A stretch of 64,000 nt of DNA, taken from contig CAVSUH010000002.1 of NCBI GenBank assembly GCA_963731065.1, positions 36,503 through 100,502 on the forward strand, read 5' to 3'. Shown here one piece after another: positions 10,051 to 19,897 of this stretch (position 1 is the first letter of the stretch; each line of letters begins with the position of its first letter). The stretch comes from an uncultured Acidimicrobiaceae bacterium (lineage in GTDB: Bacteria > Actinomycetota > Acidimicrobiia > Acidimicrobiales > RAAP-2). The notes beneath the pieces were generated by a model that had not been told where the DNA came from, ran no database searches, and saw nothing but the letters and a program-made list of their open reading frames with translations. The position numbers and the translations under genes are program-made.

Positions 10051-10599
10051 CTACTGCGTCGAAGTCGGCCACCGCTCGGATGCCCACGAGCTCCAGCTGG
10101 TGTGGTCAGCGGGAGGCGGGTCGAGGTCGGCCCCACCGAGCTCCGCATCGTCTGGCACCTCGAAGAGGAGCCGGTACGCAGCGAGGTCCTCGTCGTCGAT
10201 GGCGAAGGTCGTCTCACCATTACTTGACGTTCGACCATCACGCCGACGTCGCTGCTCGTCTTCGTCGATCTCGAGGTAGATGAGCTTGCACGACGCACCC
10301 TCCGCGGCGGCCAGCGCCCGGAGCGCGGTCCGTTCGTCCTTGCCCCAGACGCCGAAGTCCAAGACGACATTGATGCCTTTGCGCAAGGTCCGAAGTGCCA
10401 GCCAGACGAAGCGCCCCTCGAGAACGTCCCGCTTGCCGTCGGCGTTGTGATGGCCGAACAGGGGGATCATCCACTCGTCGGGGGTCAGCCTCAGGGCCCG
10501 GTGTTCCTCCTCGATCTGCTTGGCCCGAGTGCTCTTGCCGGCTGCCGGAAGCCCGACCATGACGTAGAGCGTCGGCCGTGTCTGCCTCACGTCCCTCAT
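10051..10599 (-). CDS. P-loop kinase-like ATP-binding protein (AAA_33/zeta-toxin-like fold)
   Basis: Walker A YVMVGLPAAGKST right after the Met at 10599; short ~180-aa kinase-like layout. The upstream part of the 239-aa ORF lacks sense. Confidence 0.75.
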   Translation of the reverse strand: MRDVRQTRPTLYVMVGLPAAGKSTRAKQIEEEHRALRLTPDEWMIPLFGHHNADGKRDVLEGRFVWLALRTLRKGINVVLDFGVWGKDERTALRALAAAEGASCKLIYLEIDEDEQRRRRDGRTSSNGETTFAIDDEDLAAYRLLFEVPDDAELGGADLDPPPADHTSWSSWASERWPTSTQ

Positions 10600-10688
10600 T
10601 GTGCTCCATGACCCCTCTTCGACTGCCGAGAGGATCCGAAGGCCCAGCCCGCACGCAGGGACCGTGGGGCACGCTGGCGATGCGGCTT

Positions 10689-10955
10689 CTACCCTCTGGC
10701 TCCGTCGACATCGGCTTGGGTGATGCGAATCGAACGCGGCCAACCATTGGCGGCTGAAAGCCGAACCCAATAGATGTCCCCGTCAAAAGAGATCCATGAC
10801 ACGGTGGGGGCTTGCCCCTCGGGTCCGGAGAGAGCGGGGGGGCTGGACCGGTACTTTGGGTTGACTTTGTAGCCACGAATCGGATGGTCAACTTCGGCGG
10901 TGCAGGTAGCTCCAGAACCCCGAGCCCGCCATGACAAGCTCTTCAGTTTCTTCAC
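10689..10955 (-). CDS. Hypothetical small protein (weak call)
   Basis: 88-aa ORF in a ~500-bp lower-GC gap. Non-repetitive composition (WISFDGDIYWVRLSAANGW), but no recognised motif and no clear SD. Confidence 0.25.
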   Translation of the reverse strand: MKKLKSLSWRARGSGATCTAEVDHPIRGYKVNPKYRSSPPALSGPEGQAPTVSWISFDGDIYWVRLSAANGWPRSIRITQADVDGARG

Positions 10956-11098
10956 GGACCATCTTCCTGCTCGACAACCATGGCTGCGACTTTACGCCTT
11001 CGTCAGATGGGGAGGTGTCCGCTGAGCTCCGATGGTGCCTCCGTTGACCGTCCGGGGGCATGGCTGTGCTTCTCTGAACGCCTTCTTGCCCCGGTTGT

Positions 11099-11923
11099 TC
11101 AGGCGGTGGGCCTGACGTCATAGCGCAGTTCCCCGGTCGACACGTCGATGTCGTAGTACTCGACGCCCGTCTCCACCTGGGGGTCGTCCGCGTCGAAGGC
11201 GACGGCGATCTTGTTAGCGGCATTGCGGACCATATCGAGGGTCAGCTCGGTAGCTCCGGCCGGACCCAGAGCGTCCACGACCTGCCCGCCGAGCCCCGGT
11301 GGCCACTGGAGCGGCTGCCACACGAACACATCGACGACTTGGAGGGCCAGGGCCTGGGCGTCGGAGACACCGCTCGGATCGCTCTCATCGAACAGATCGC
11401 TCCGACCTGCCAGATCGATGGCACTCACGCTCCTGCGGGACTGGCAGAGCCGGCAATCGTGAGCTCTCGCCCCGCGCAGCCTGATCAGTTCTGAGGTCAC
11501 CGGATCGAGGGCTGGCAGTTTGGCGACCTCGAGGAGAAGTCTTTCGTGGGCTACCCAGGGATCGATCTCGGCCGAAGTCGGGATGTGACGCCATTCTTCG
11601 CCGAACATCTCGCGCCAGGCGGCACCGGCGCGGAGCATCATGTCCTCGGTCCACACGGCAAGGACGAAGGCTGGGGCATCGGCACCGAGTTCGGCCAGCC
11701 CGGCTGCTCGAACCTCAGGCGTCATGGATGCCACATCGACGACCATCTGTGCAGCGAAGGCCACCGCGTCAGATCTCGGCAGGGCGGGAACAGCCGGGTC
11801 GAGGCTGGCCCGAGCGACGGCACGGGCCCGCTCCGAAAGGTCGGTCGGCGTGGTCGAGGCGACAGCACCGATCAATTCGTCCCATGCCGTGAAGGCCGCC
11901 GGCGCCTGATCTCGGGCGATCAC
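11099..11923 (-). CDS. Carboxymuconolactone decarboxylase (AhpD-like) family protein
   Basis: 274-aa ORF, GTG start. AhpD-type redox motif [13 protein letters not shown]. Confidence 0.7.
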   Translation of the reverse strand: MIARDQAPAAFTAWDELIGAVASTTPTDLSERARAVARASLDPAVPALPRSDAVAFAAQMVVDVASMTPEVRAAGLAELGADAPAFVLAVWTEDMMLRAGAAWREMFGEEWRHIPTSAEIDPWVAHERLLLEVAKLPALDPVTSELIRLRGARAHDCRLCQSRRSVSAIDLAGRSDLFDESDPSGVSDAQALALQVVDVFVWQPLQWPPGLGGQVVDALGPAGATELTLDMVRNAANKIAVAFDADDPQVETGVEYYDIDVSTGELRYDVRPTA

Positions 11924-12131
11924 GTCTCGACCCTACTGGACCTTCCAACAAGGCAACGTTGAACCACTCGAGGGACGGGAGGTCGCGAAGCCAGCGTCCA
12001 ACTTGTGGCCATACCAGGAGGCGTCCACGTCATCTGGGCATGCCCTTCGCCCACCGCAACCGCGTGGCCTACGGTGTGCGGGACAACCAGGCGAAGAGGG
12101 CGACGAGAGGAGTGCGGTGGCAGGAGACGAT

Positions 12132-12884
12132 GTGAACGGGGATCCCCGTACGGCCCGTCAGGACGGGCGCGCGGTCGACCAATTGCGGCCGGTCCGCTTC
12201 GACCGCGACTACACGGTCATGGCGCCGGGGTCGGTGCTCGTGACGTTCGGGCAGACGAAGGTGCTGTGCACGGCCTCGGTCGAGGAGCGGGTGCCGCCCT
12301 GGATGCGGGGCAGCGGGAAGGGCTGGGTCACGGCGGAGTACTCCATGCTGCCGGGCTCGACCCCCGAACGGGCGTCCCGCGAGGCCGCCAAGGGCAAGCA
12401 ATCCGGGCGGACCCAGGAGATCCAGAGGCTGATCGCCCGCTCGCTGCGTGCCGTCTGCGATCTGGTGACGCTGGGCGAGGTGCAGATCACCGTGGACTGC
12501 GACGCGCTGCAGGCTGACGGCGGGACCCGCACCGCATCCATCTGCGGCGCCTATGTGGCCCTGCACGATGCCTGTACCCGCCTGGTGCAGGCCGGCACCA
12601 TCCGCACGAACCCGCTCGCGGACTCGGTGGCCGCTGTCTCGGTCGGCATCATCGACGGCGTGCCGATGCTCGACCTGCCCTACGTCGAGGACTCACGGGC
12701 CGAGGTCGACATGAACGTCGTCATGACCGGGGCCGGCCGATTCGTGGAGGTGCAGGGGACGGCCGAGGGCATGGCCTTCACCCGCGGGGAGCTCGACACG
12801 CTCCTGGGCCTCGCCGAAGGTGGCATCAAGGAGCTGACCGCCTTACAGGCGGCCGTGCTGGCCGAGGCGCCGCCGCGGCGATGA
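12132..12884 (+). CDS. rph: Ribonuclease PH
   Basis: Full-length RNase PH pattern: [12 protein letters not shown]..., [56 protein letters not shown] 12132 chosen because the upstream part of the 293-aa ORF is not RNase PH-like. Confidence 0.85.
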   Translation: MNGDPRTARQDGRAVDQLRPVRFDRDYTVMAPGSVLVTFGQTKVLCTASVEERVPPWMRGSGKGWVTAEYSMLPGSTPERASREAAKGKQSGRTQEIQRLIARSLRAVCDLVTLGEVQITVDCDALQADGGTRTASICGAYVALHDACTRLVQAGTIRTNPLADSVAAVSVGIIDGVPMLDLPYVEDSRAEVDMNVVMTGAGRFVEVQGTAEGMAFTRGELDTLLGLAEGGIKELTALQAAVLAEAPPRR

Positions 12885-13513
12885 CGGGGTCGGGCGGTCC
12901 CGCACCGCTCCGGCTCGTGCTGGCCTCGGCCAACCCGGACAAGGTCAAGGAGATCGTCGCCGTCCTCTCGGCTTCGCTGCCGGTGGAGTTGCTGGCGCGT
13001 CCCGAGGCCGTGCCCGATGTCGTCGAGGATGCAGACACATTGGTCGGTAACGCCCGCCTGAAGGCACGCGCGTTGGTGGCGGCGACGGGGACGGCGGCGG
13101 TGGCCGATGACACCGGGCTCGAGGTCGGCGCCCTGGGTGGGGCGCCCGGGGTCTACTCGGCCCGCTACGCAGGCGAGGACGCCACCTATGGCGACAACGT
13201 CACGAAGCTGCTGCGCGAGCTGGCGGCCCTCGAGGACGGCGGCGGCGAGCGGCACGCCAATTTCAAGACGGTGGCGCTGGTCGCCTTCCCCGACGGCTCG
13301 GAGCTGTGGGCCGAGGGGGTGCTGCCCGGGACCATCGCAGTCGAAGGGCGGGGGACCAACGGCTTCGGCTACGACCCCGTGTTCGTGCCGGACGGCGGCG
13401 ACGGGCGGACCTTCGCCGAGATGCGGCCGGAGGAGAAGGACGCCGTGTCGCACCGCGGCCGCGCCTTCCGCGCCCTCGCCGCCGAGCTGGCGCGGCGGCG
13501 GGAGGAGGCTTAA
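12881..13513 (+). CDS. rdgB: RdgB/HAM1 non-canonical purine NTP pyrophosphatase
   Basis: [41 protein letters not shown] and SHRGRA motifs. ATGA overlap with the rph stop. Confidence 0.9.
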   Translation: MTGSGGPAPLRLVLASANPDKVKEIVAVLSASLPVELLARPEAVPDVVEDADTLVGNARLKARALVAATGTAAVADDTGLEVGALGGAPGVYSARYAGEDATYGDNVTKLLRELAALEDGGGERHANFKTVALVAFPDGSELWAEGVLPGTIAVEGRGTNGFGYDPVFVPDGGDGRTFAEMRPEEKDAVSHRGRAFRALAAELARRREEA

Positions 13514-13591
13514 CCCCAGACGGTGCTGTCACATTCTCCCGGCCTGCCGTGTCTTTCATGGAGAAGACACAACAACGACCAAGGAGAACTG

Positions 13592-14056
13592 ATGACACCC
13601 CGTATGACCAACCCAGCCCTGTTGCTCCCTGAAGCGCTCGAGGCCGCGCTCGCCCTGTCGGCCTCCACGTCGAAAGGCGATCTGCCGCATGGCCTGATCG
13701 AACTGGCTCTGCTGCGAGCAAGCCAGATCAACGGCTGCAGCGTCTGTGTCGACATGCACACCAAGGGCGCCAGGCGCGACGGCGAGACGGACGAGCGACT
13801 GCACGCCGTGGCGGCCTGGCGCGACACGGCCTCCTTCACCGACGCCGAGCGCGCCGCACTGGCCCTGGCCGAGTCCGTGACCCGCCTGAGCGACCGACCG
13901 GACCCGGTGCCCGACGAGGTCTGGGACGAGGCCGCCCGCCATTTCGACGAGGTGGCGCTGGCGTCGTTGCTCGTGGCCATCGGCTTGATCAATTTCTTCA
14001 ACCGGATCAACGTGGCGACGCGCCAGGTGGCGGGGTCCGTACCGCTCCCCGCCTGA
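13592..14056 (+). CDS. Carboxymuconolactone decarboxylase (AhpD-like) family protein
   Basis: AAGGAGA SD before ATG 13592. CxxC motif INGCSVCVDMH typical of the family. Confidence 0.8.
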   Translation: MTPRMTNPALLLPEALEAALALSASTSKGDLPHGLIELALLRASQINGCSVCVDMHTKGARRDGETDERLHAVAAWRDTASFTDAERAALALAESVTRLSDRPDPVPDEVWDEAARHFDEVALASLLVAIGLINFFNRINVATRQVAGSVPLPA

Positions 14057-14080
14057 GGGCGACGGCACGGGACCCGTCGC

Positions 14081-14941
14081 TCAGCCGAAGAACGTCGTGG
14101 CCAGCCGGCGGTAGTCGTCGAGCGGAAACGACTGGCGATCTCCCACGACCTGCACGCAGACGTGGTCGGCACCGGCGTCGTGGTGCGCTCGCACGGCGGC
14201 CGCAATGGTGTCGGCATCGCCCCAGGGGATCACGGCGTCGATCAACCGGTCGCTCCCGCCCTCATCGATGTCCTCGTCGCCGTAGCCGAACGTGCGCAGG
14301 TTCTGCGTGTAGTTGGGCAGGTTGAGGTAGGTGCTGGCGTACCCGCGGGCCAGCTCTCTCGCCCGCACCGGGTCGGTCTCGAGCACGACGGCGACCTCGG
14401 GCGCCAGCAGGGGGCCGGGACCGAGGATCTCCCGGGCCCGGGCCGTGTGCTCCACGGGCACGAAGTACGGATGGGCGCCGGCGGACCGGGCGGCAGCCAG
14501 CTCGAGCATGCGGGGCCCGAGGGCCGCCAGCACACGCCGCTCCACGGGGACCGGCGTGGTCAGTGCATCGAGGGCGTCGAGATACGCCACCATCTTCGAA
14601 TAGGGCCGCGCGTAGTCGGCGACGGCGACACCGTGGCTGGCGCCGATCCCGAGGAGGAAGCGCCCGGCAAAGCGCTCTTCCAATGCGGCGACGGCCGGCC
14701 CGATGTCCTCGGGTGCCCCGGCCCAGATGCTGACGATGCCACTCGCCACCGGCACGTGCGTGGTGGCGGCCAGCAGCTTCTCGAAGTGCGGCGAGAGGCC
14801 GGGGTCGAAGCGGCCCGAGGACCACAGCGCCCCGTAGCCGAGGGACTCGAGCGCAGGGGCGACGCTGCGCCCCGGATCGTCAGGGTCCCGCCACGAACCG
14901 CTCCACCACACGCCGATGCGCCCGAGGTCCACGCTCGGCAC
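14081..14941 (-). CDS. LLM-class F420-dependent oxidoreductase
   Basis: The C-terminal third of the 755-aa ORF reads as a complete luciferase-like monooxygenase-fold protein (GRIGVWWSG...LESLGYGALWSS...FLLGIGASH...YLNLPNYTQNL). GTG starts at 14941 or 14932. Confidence 0.75.
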   Translation of the reverse strand: MPSVDLGRIGVWWSGSWRDPDDPGRSVAPALESLGYGALWSSGRFDPGLSPHFEKLLAATTHVPVASGIVSIWAGAPEDIGPAVAALEERFAGRFLLGIGASHGVAVADYARPYSKMVAYLDALDALTTPVPVERRVLAALGPRMLELAAARSAGAHPYFVPVEHTARAREILGPGPLLAPEVAVVLETDPVRARELARGYASTYLNLPNYTQNLRTFGYGDEDIDEGGSDRLIDAVIPWGDADTIAAAVRAHHDAGADHVCVQVVGDRQSFPLDDYRRLATTFFG

Positions 14942-14993
14942 CGTACCCGGGCGGGACTCGGTTCGGCGCGGCTGGGCGAACCGGCGCCCAGGG

Positions 14994-15808
14994 TCAACCG
15001 AGGTGGAGCAGGCGGGCGGCCGTGCCGCCGAGAAAGGCTTCGGCCGCCGCGTCGGAGAGTGGCAGATCCCGGGCGGCGGCCACGGCCCGCTCCATCGGGA
15101 GGAAGGGATGGTCCGACGCGAAGAGGACCCGTCCCATCCACGCGAGGAGCCCATGAAGGAGACCAGCGCGGGATCCATGTACTTGGCCAGGTAGGCCGAC
15201 GTGGAGAGGTAGAGGTCGGGCCACTTCAGCATGTACTGCATGAGCAGGGCCTCGTAGGGGTGGCCCATGTGAGCGCCGATCACGGTCAGGCCCTTGAAGT
15301 CGATCAGCACGTCCTCGAGCAGCGTCGGGTGTTGGCAGGCCGAGCGCACGCGGGGACCCGGGATGCCCACGTTGATGGAGACCGGCAGGCCCAACTCGGC
15401 GCAGGCGGTGTAGATGGGGTAGTAGAGCTTGTCGTTGAGCGGGTACTGGTGGACGAGCGGCGTGATCCGCACCAGCGCGACGGCCGGGTGCTCCGCCAGG
15501 GCGCGCAGCCGCCGTACCTGTGGCACCGGCCGGTCCGGCCGGTCGGAGGTGAGCGCAACGCGCAGGCGGTCGGGGTGGGCGGCCACCTCGTCCAGCAGCG
15601 GGCCCGTCTCCTCGGCGGCGATGCCGGCGGCGATGACCCCGACGCCGACGCCGCTCTTGTCCATGGTGACGAGCAGGTGCTGCAACGTGGATGAGGCGGA
15701 GAGGTCGCCGCCGAGCAGCTCGGGGATGCCTTCGTTCCCGGCCTGCCCCAGAAAGGCCGCGGCGGCCTTGCGGGTCAGCGCGTTGACCCAGAGGTCGACG
15801 ACCGTCAC
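14994..15808 (-). pseudogene. Amidohydrolase-2 family protein, one frame break near 15150
   Basis: Starts VTVVDLWVNAL (GTG 15808, GTGA overlap with the upstream stop). Body ...GLPVSINVGIPGP...VIGAHMGHPYE...YLSTSAYLAKYMDPALVSFMG. The conserved C-terminus LAWMGRVLFASDHPFLPMERAV...LHLG is in another frame (ORF 14994..16139). Confidence 0.7.
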
Positions 15809-16348
15809 GCCGGGTCGGCTGTGCCGGCGGCCGGCGTCGGGTTCTGGCCTGCTGCCTTCGCCGCTGCCTTCGCCTTGGCGGCGCGCAGATAGCCGACGCC
15901 CTTCGTGAGGGACTCTTTGATGAGCCGGTCGTTGTCCTTGGAGATGAACGCGTGCACGCGCTTCTCGAGAAGCGCGCGCGAGGAACGGGTTGAACGCGTG
16001 GTACGTCTCGGAGAAGTGGAGCCGGGTGGTCCCGTTCCCGAGGTCCTCCAACCGGGTCCGGCCTTCGGCCTCGGAGAAGAGGGGGCGCCCCACGGCGTTG
16101 TACTTCCACGAGACCTGCGGCGTCACCTCGGTCAGCCATTCCCAGGACTGGCCCTTGCCACCCGTCAAGAGGTAGCGGGGCACGCGGAACGTGCAGTGGC
16201 GCACCAGGCCCTCGCCGATGGCGTCGCCGGGATGGAGGATGTCGATCGTCACGTCCCCCGTCTCGGTGTGGGGGATGCGGGCCCAGAAGAGCTGCCAGAG
16301 CTCGTCGGGGCTGGCCTCGATGTCGACGGAGTAGTGATGCTCCTGCAC
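15805..16348 (-). pseudogene. SRPBCC (START/polyketide cyclase-like) family protein, frame break in a GC-dinucleotide run
   Basis: N-terminus MQEHHYSVDIEASPDELWQLFW is SRPBCC-like. After ...AFNPFLAR the sensible continuation LLEKRVHAFISKDNDRLIKESLTKGVGYLRAAKAK... lies in the +1 frame and ends at TGA 15805-15807. The break is at gcgcgcgcg, 15972-15980. Confidence 0.7.
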
Positions 16349-16428
16349 CGGCTCACCCTATCCTCGGACCTGACGCGGGTGTCAGGTCCGAGGCTGGTGC
16401 GCGGTCCGGGTGTGAACGTCGTCGGTGG

Positions 16429-17031
16429 TCAGTCGGGCGGGAACGGCGTCCCGTAGCGGTTCAGGTGCGCCTTCTCCGGGAGCGCCTGGCGGCGCGGCGG
16501 GCCCAGGGGTTCGGGCAGGTGGCCGAGCGGGACCACCGCGACGGGGACCACCTCAGGGGGCAGCCCCAGGAGACCGGACAGCTCCTCGCCGCCGAGGACG
16601 GGCAGCGTGGTCAGCGTCGAGCCGAGCCCGAGCGCGTGGGCGGCCAGCAACAGGTTCTGCACTGCCGGGAAGACCGAGGCGTCCATGGCCTGCGCGTAGG
16701 TCAGCCGGGTATCGCCGCACACCACAATGAGCACGGGGGCGCCGGCAATGCCTCCGGTGGCCCCCTGCTCGACGTCACGCAGGAAGGCGGGAGAGAGGCG
16801 CTGCTCCTCGAGGGCCCGGGCGCCCTCCCACAGGCGCGCCGTCAGCGCGCCGATGGCGGCGCGCACGGCCGGGTCGCGGACGACGACGAACACGAAGGGC
16901 TGGCTGTTCTCCGCGCTGGGCGCGTGGGTGGCTGCCGTGAGGATCCGCTCGACCGTCAGATCGTCGACGTCGTCGGGGAGGAACGACCGGGCGGCTCGCT
17001 GGGTGTGCACCACCTCGAAGAAGTCAGGCAT
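16429..17031 (-). CDS. Nitroreductase family protein
   Basis: 200-aa ORF. RAARSFLPD...ILTAATHAPSAENSQPFVFVVV is the nitroreductase N-terminal signature. Confidence 0.85.
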   Translation of the reverse strand: MPDFFEVVHTQRAARSFLPDDVDDLTVERILTAATHAPSAENSQPFVFVVVRDPAVRAAIGALTARLWEGARALEEQRLSPAFLRDVEQGATGGIAGAPVLIVVCGDTRLTYAQAMDASVFPAVQNLLLAAHALGLGSTLTTLPVLGGEELSGLLGLPPEVVPVAVVPLGHLPEPLGPPRRQALPEKAHLNRYGTPFPPD

Positions 17032-17220
17032 GGGCCTCGGAGGGGGTCATGGCCGCCGATGGTATCGACACCGACGGGTCGGGCTGGCGGCCCGGTGGCG
17101 GATGGCGCGGATTGGGCGCCGCCGAGGCGGCCCCGCTACCTTTGGCGCCGCTGGCCCCGGGCCGGCGCCCGCCACGAGGAATTGGTGGGGATCGACGGCC
17201 GAGGGGACAGGAGGCAGACG

Positions 17221-17736
17221 GTGGCAGACGGTGCCGCATCGCAAGAAGACGTGCTCAAGAGCATCATCGGGCAGCCGACCGGCACGTCCAAGGTGGTCGT
17301 GGAGCGGGGACCGGTGCAGCACTTCGCCGACGCCCTCCTCAGCACGAGCCCGATCTACCACGACCCCGAGGCGGCCAGGCAGGCCGGCTTCGCCAACATC
17401 CCGGCGCCGCCGACCTGGCCCTTCGCCATGGAGTTCTCAGGCAAGTTTGCCGAGATGCAGTCGACGGACGGGCCCACCGGCAACCCGATGCTGACCGCCA
17501 TGGGCCCGCTGATGGCCAAGGGAGGCCTGATCCTCCACGGCGAGCAGGAGTTCCTCTACCACCGGCCCGTGCTGGTGGGCGATGTGCTGATCGGCGACGG
17601 CACCATCACCGACGCCTACCAGAAGGAGTCCAAGGGGCGGACCATGACGTTCATCTGCACGGAGACGAACTGGCGCGACGAGACGACGGGCGAGCCGGTG
17701 GTGACGGCCCGCTTCAACTTGATCCACCGGGCTTAG
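17221..17736 (+). CDS. MaoC_dehydrat_N / FAS1-like hotdog dehydratase subunit (HadA-like)
   Basis: The last ~170 aa of the 423-aa ORF (IIGQPTGTSKVVVERGPVQHFADAL...ILHGEQEFLYHRPVLVGDVL) match the N-terminal-type hotdog partner. GTG 17221 (or 17251) start. Sits directly upstream of a MaoC dehydratase. Confidence 0.7.
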   Translation: MADGAASQEDVLKSIIGQPTGTSKVVVERGPVQHFADALLSTSPIYHDPEAARQAGFANIPAPPTWPFAMEFSGKFAEMQSTDGPTGNPMLTAMGPLMAKGGLILHGEQEFLYHRPVLVGDVLIGDGTITDAYQKESKGRTMTFICTETNWRDETTGEPVVTARFNLIHRA

Positions 17737-17749
17737 GGAGGTCGCGACA

Positions 17750-18172
17750 ATGGGAGAGAAGAAGCTGTCCTTCGAGGACGTCCAGGTGGGGGACGAGGCA
17801 CCGGTGATCCGTCACACGCTGACCCGGACCGACCTGGTGAAGTACGCGGGCGCGTCGGGGGACTTCAACCCGATGCACCACGACGAGGTGGCGGCCCAGA
17901 AGGCGGGACAGCCGAGCGTGTTCGGGCACGGCATGTTCTCCATGGGCCTGCTGGGCACCGCGTTGACGGACTATGTGGGTGTCGGCAACCTCACGCGCTA
18001 CCAGGTTCGCTTCGCTCGCCAGACGTGGCCCGACGAGGTGCTCTCCTCGAAGATCGTGGTCACCGCCAAGCGCGAGGAGGACGGCAAGAAGCTGGTGGAC
18101 CTGGCCGTGACGCTGTCCAACGGCGACGGCGAGGACAAGCTGGTCGGCGAGGCCACGGCCGCCCTGCCCTAG
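17750..18172 (+). CDS. MaoC-family (R)-specific hydratase/dehydratase (HadB-like)
   Basis: GGGAGG SD. Hydratase motif YAGASGDFNPMHHDEVAAQKAG...FGHGMF. Confidence 0.85.
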   Translation: MGEKKLSFEDVQVGDEAPVIRHTLTRTDLVKYAGASGDFNPMHHDEVAAQKAGQPSVFGHGMFSMGLLGTALTDYVGVGNLTRYQVRFARQTWPDEVLSSKIVVTAKREEDGKKLVDLAVTLSNGDGEDKLVGEATAALP

Positions 18173-18282
18173 GCGGGCGGCATCTGCCGTGTGCCCTCGC
18201 CGCCCTCGAGCCGCCGCGGCGCCCGACCCGATGGAGGCCGCGGCGGATACCCTGAAGGCAAAGACCCGCGGAGGAAAGCACC

Positions 18283-18745
18283 ATGCCCGCTGACCACGTC
18301 GCACACCAGTGGGCGATACGTTCCACGCTGATCGCCGTCTCCGACCTAAATCGGTCGATCGCGTTCTACGAGGAGCTCGGCCCGTTCGACGTGATCGCGC
18401 GAGCAGGCCGTCGCGGTGCTCGGCAACGTCTCTCCCACTTCCATCGCCGTGGTCCTGCGTGCGACCGAGCACATCGACGAGGGCCGCCAGGGCCCGCAGT
18501 CGCTCGGCCTCCGCTCGGAGATCTTCAATCTCGGATCGGTGAGCGAGCTGAATCGGATCGAGTCCTTCTTGCGCAGCCGCAATCTCTTCACCTCCCGCCG
18601 GAGCAGCGCCGACAACGTTTCGGACTTCATCATCGGACGGGACCCCGACAACCTGCCGCTGGTGTTCGTCTACTACGCCGAGGAAACGCTCGGGGCCGAC
18701 TACTACCGGAACATGCTCGGTCTGGTGTATTCGGTGGACGTCTGA
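18283..18745 (+). pseudogene. VOC/glyoxalase family protein, one +1 frame break near 18397-18401
   Basis: MPADHVAHQWAIRSTLIAVSDLNRSIAFYEELGPFDVIA (frame 1) continues as EQAVAVLGNVSPTSIAVVLRATEH...LVFVYYAEE...SVDV in frame 2 (ORF 18416..18745). Confidence 0.7.
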
Positions 18746-18931
18746 CTCACGCGACCTCGACCCTCCGGGGAGGGCCGCCGCGTGCCCGGCCTTCGATCAA
18801 CAGGGCGACAATTGCGCCTGCACCGGTGGCCGGCAGGGTGCCGGGCGAGGCTGCCACGAAGGGCCGGGCACCGGCGGGAACCGTGCCCCCGTAGTCTTGA
18901 CGCCCATGGCCCACGGGATGGCGGGAATCCG

Positions 18932-19897
18932 ATGAGCGTCGTCGACGAGCGCGTGCGCGACCTGGACGATGCCGTCGCCCTCGGCCAGGCACTCGTCCAG
19001 AACCTCCGGCGGGTCGTCTTCGGCAGCGAGGGCGCGCTGGTGGCGGCCGCCGTCGCCGCCCTCTCCGGCGGGCATCTCCTCATTGAGGATGTGCCCGGCG
19101 TGGGCAAGACCGTGCTGGCCCGCACGCTCGCCGCGTCGCTCGGCGCCGAGCTGTCGCGTGTCCAGGGTCACCCCGACCTCCTCCCGTCCGACATCACGGG
19201 CGTGTCCGTCTTCATGCCCGACACCGGGAGTTGGGACTTCCGGCCCGGCCCGGTCTTCGCGCACGTCGTGCTGGTGGACGAGCTGAACCGCACCCCGCCG
19301 CGCACACAGTCGGCGCTCCTCGAGACGATGGAGGAGCGGCAGGTCAGCGTCGACGGCCAGTCCTGGCCTCTGCCGCAGCCGCACCTGGTGATCGCCACGC
19401 AGAACCCGCAGTCGCAGCGCGGCACCTTCCCGCTCGTCGAGAGTCAGCTCGATCGTTTCGCCATGGCGACGCCGATCGGCTATCCCGACGCAGCGCAGGA
19501 GGTGCAGCTGGCGCTCCACGGGGGCGGTACCTACGCCCTGGCCGAGCTCCGTCCGGTCTGCACGCCTCAGGAGTGGCTGACCGCGCAGAAGGCGACCGAG
19601 TCCGTCCCCGTGCACGAGGCCGTGGCGGCCTACGCGGTCGAGCTCTGCCGTGCCAGCCGGACGGCGCCCGGCGTGCACCTCGGCGCGAGCCCGCGCGCCG
19701 CCATCTGGCTCCTGCGCGCGGCCCAGGCGCACGCCGTCCTCAACGCCCGCGGCTACGTGGTGCCCGACGACGTGAAAGCCGTCGCCGTCGCCTGCCTCGC
19801 CCATCGCATCCTCACCGTCGAGGCCGACGCCGACGCCGGCCAATCGGCGGCGGTGATCCGGGAGCTTCTCGAAACGACCCCAGCGCCCAGGCCGTGA
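18932..19897 (+). CDS. moxR: MoxR-like AAA+ ATPase
   Basis: Walker A EDVPGVGKT, Walker B VVLVDELNR, and the ATQNPQSQRGTFPLVESQLDRF motif typical of AAA_3/MoxR. ATG 18932. Confidence 0.9.
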   Translation: MSVVDERVRDLDDAVALGQALVQNLRRVVFGSEGALVAAAVAALSGGHLLIEDVPGVGKTVLARTLAASLGAELSRVQGHPDLLPSDITGVSVFMPDTGSWDFRPGPVFAHVVLVDELNRTPPRTQSALLETMEERQVSVDGQSWPLPQPHLVIATQNPQSQRGTFPLVESQLDRFAMATPIGYPDAAQEVQLALHGGGTYALAELRPVCTPQEWLTAQKATESVPVHEAVAAYAVELCRASRTAPGVHLGASPRAAIWLLRAAQAHAVLNARGYVVPDDVKAVAVACLAHRILTVEADADAGQSAAVIRELLETTPAPRP

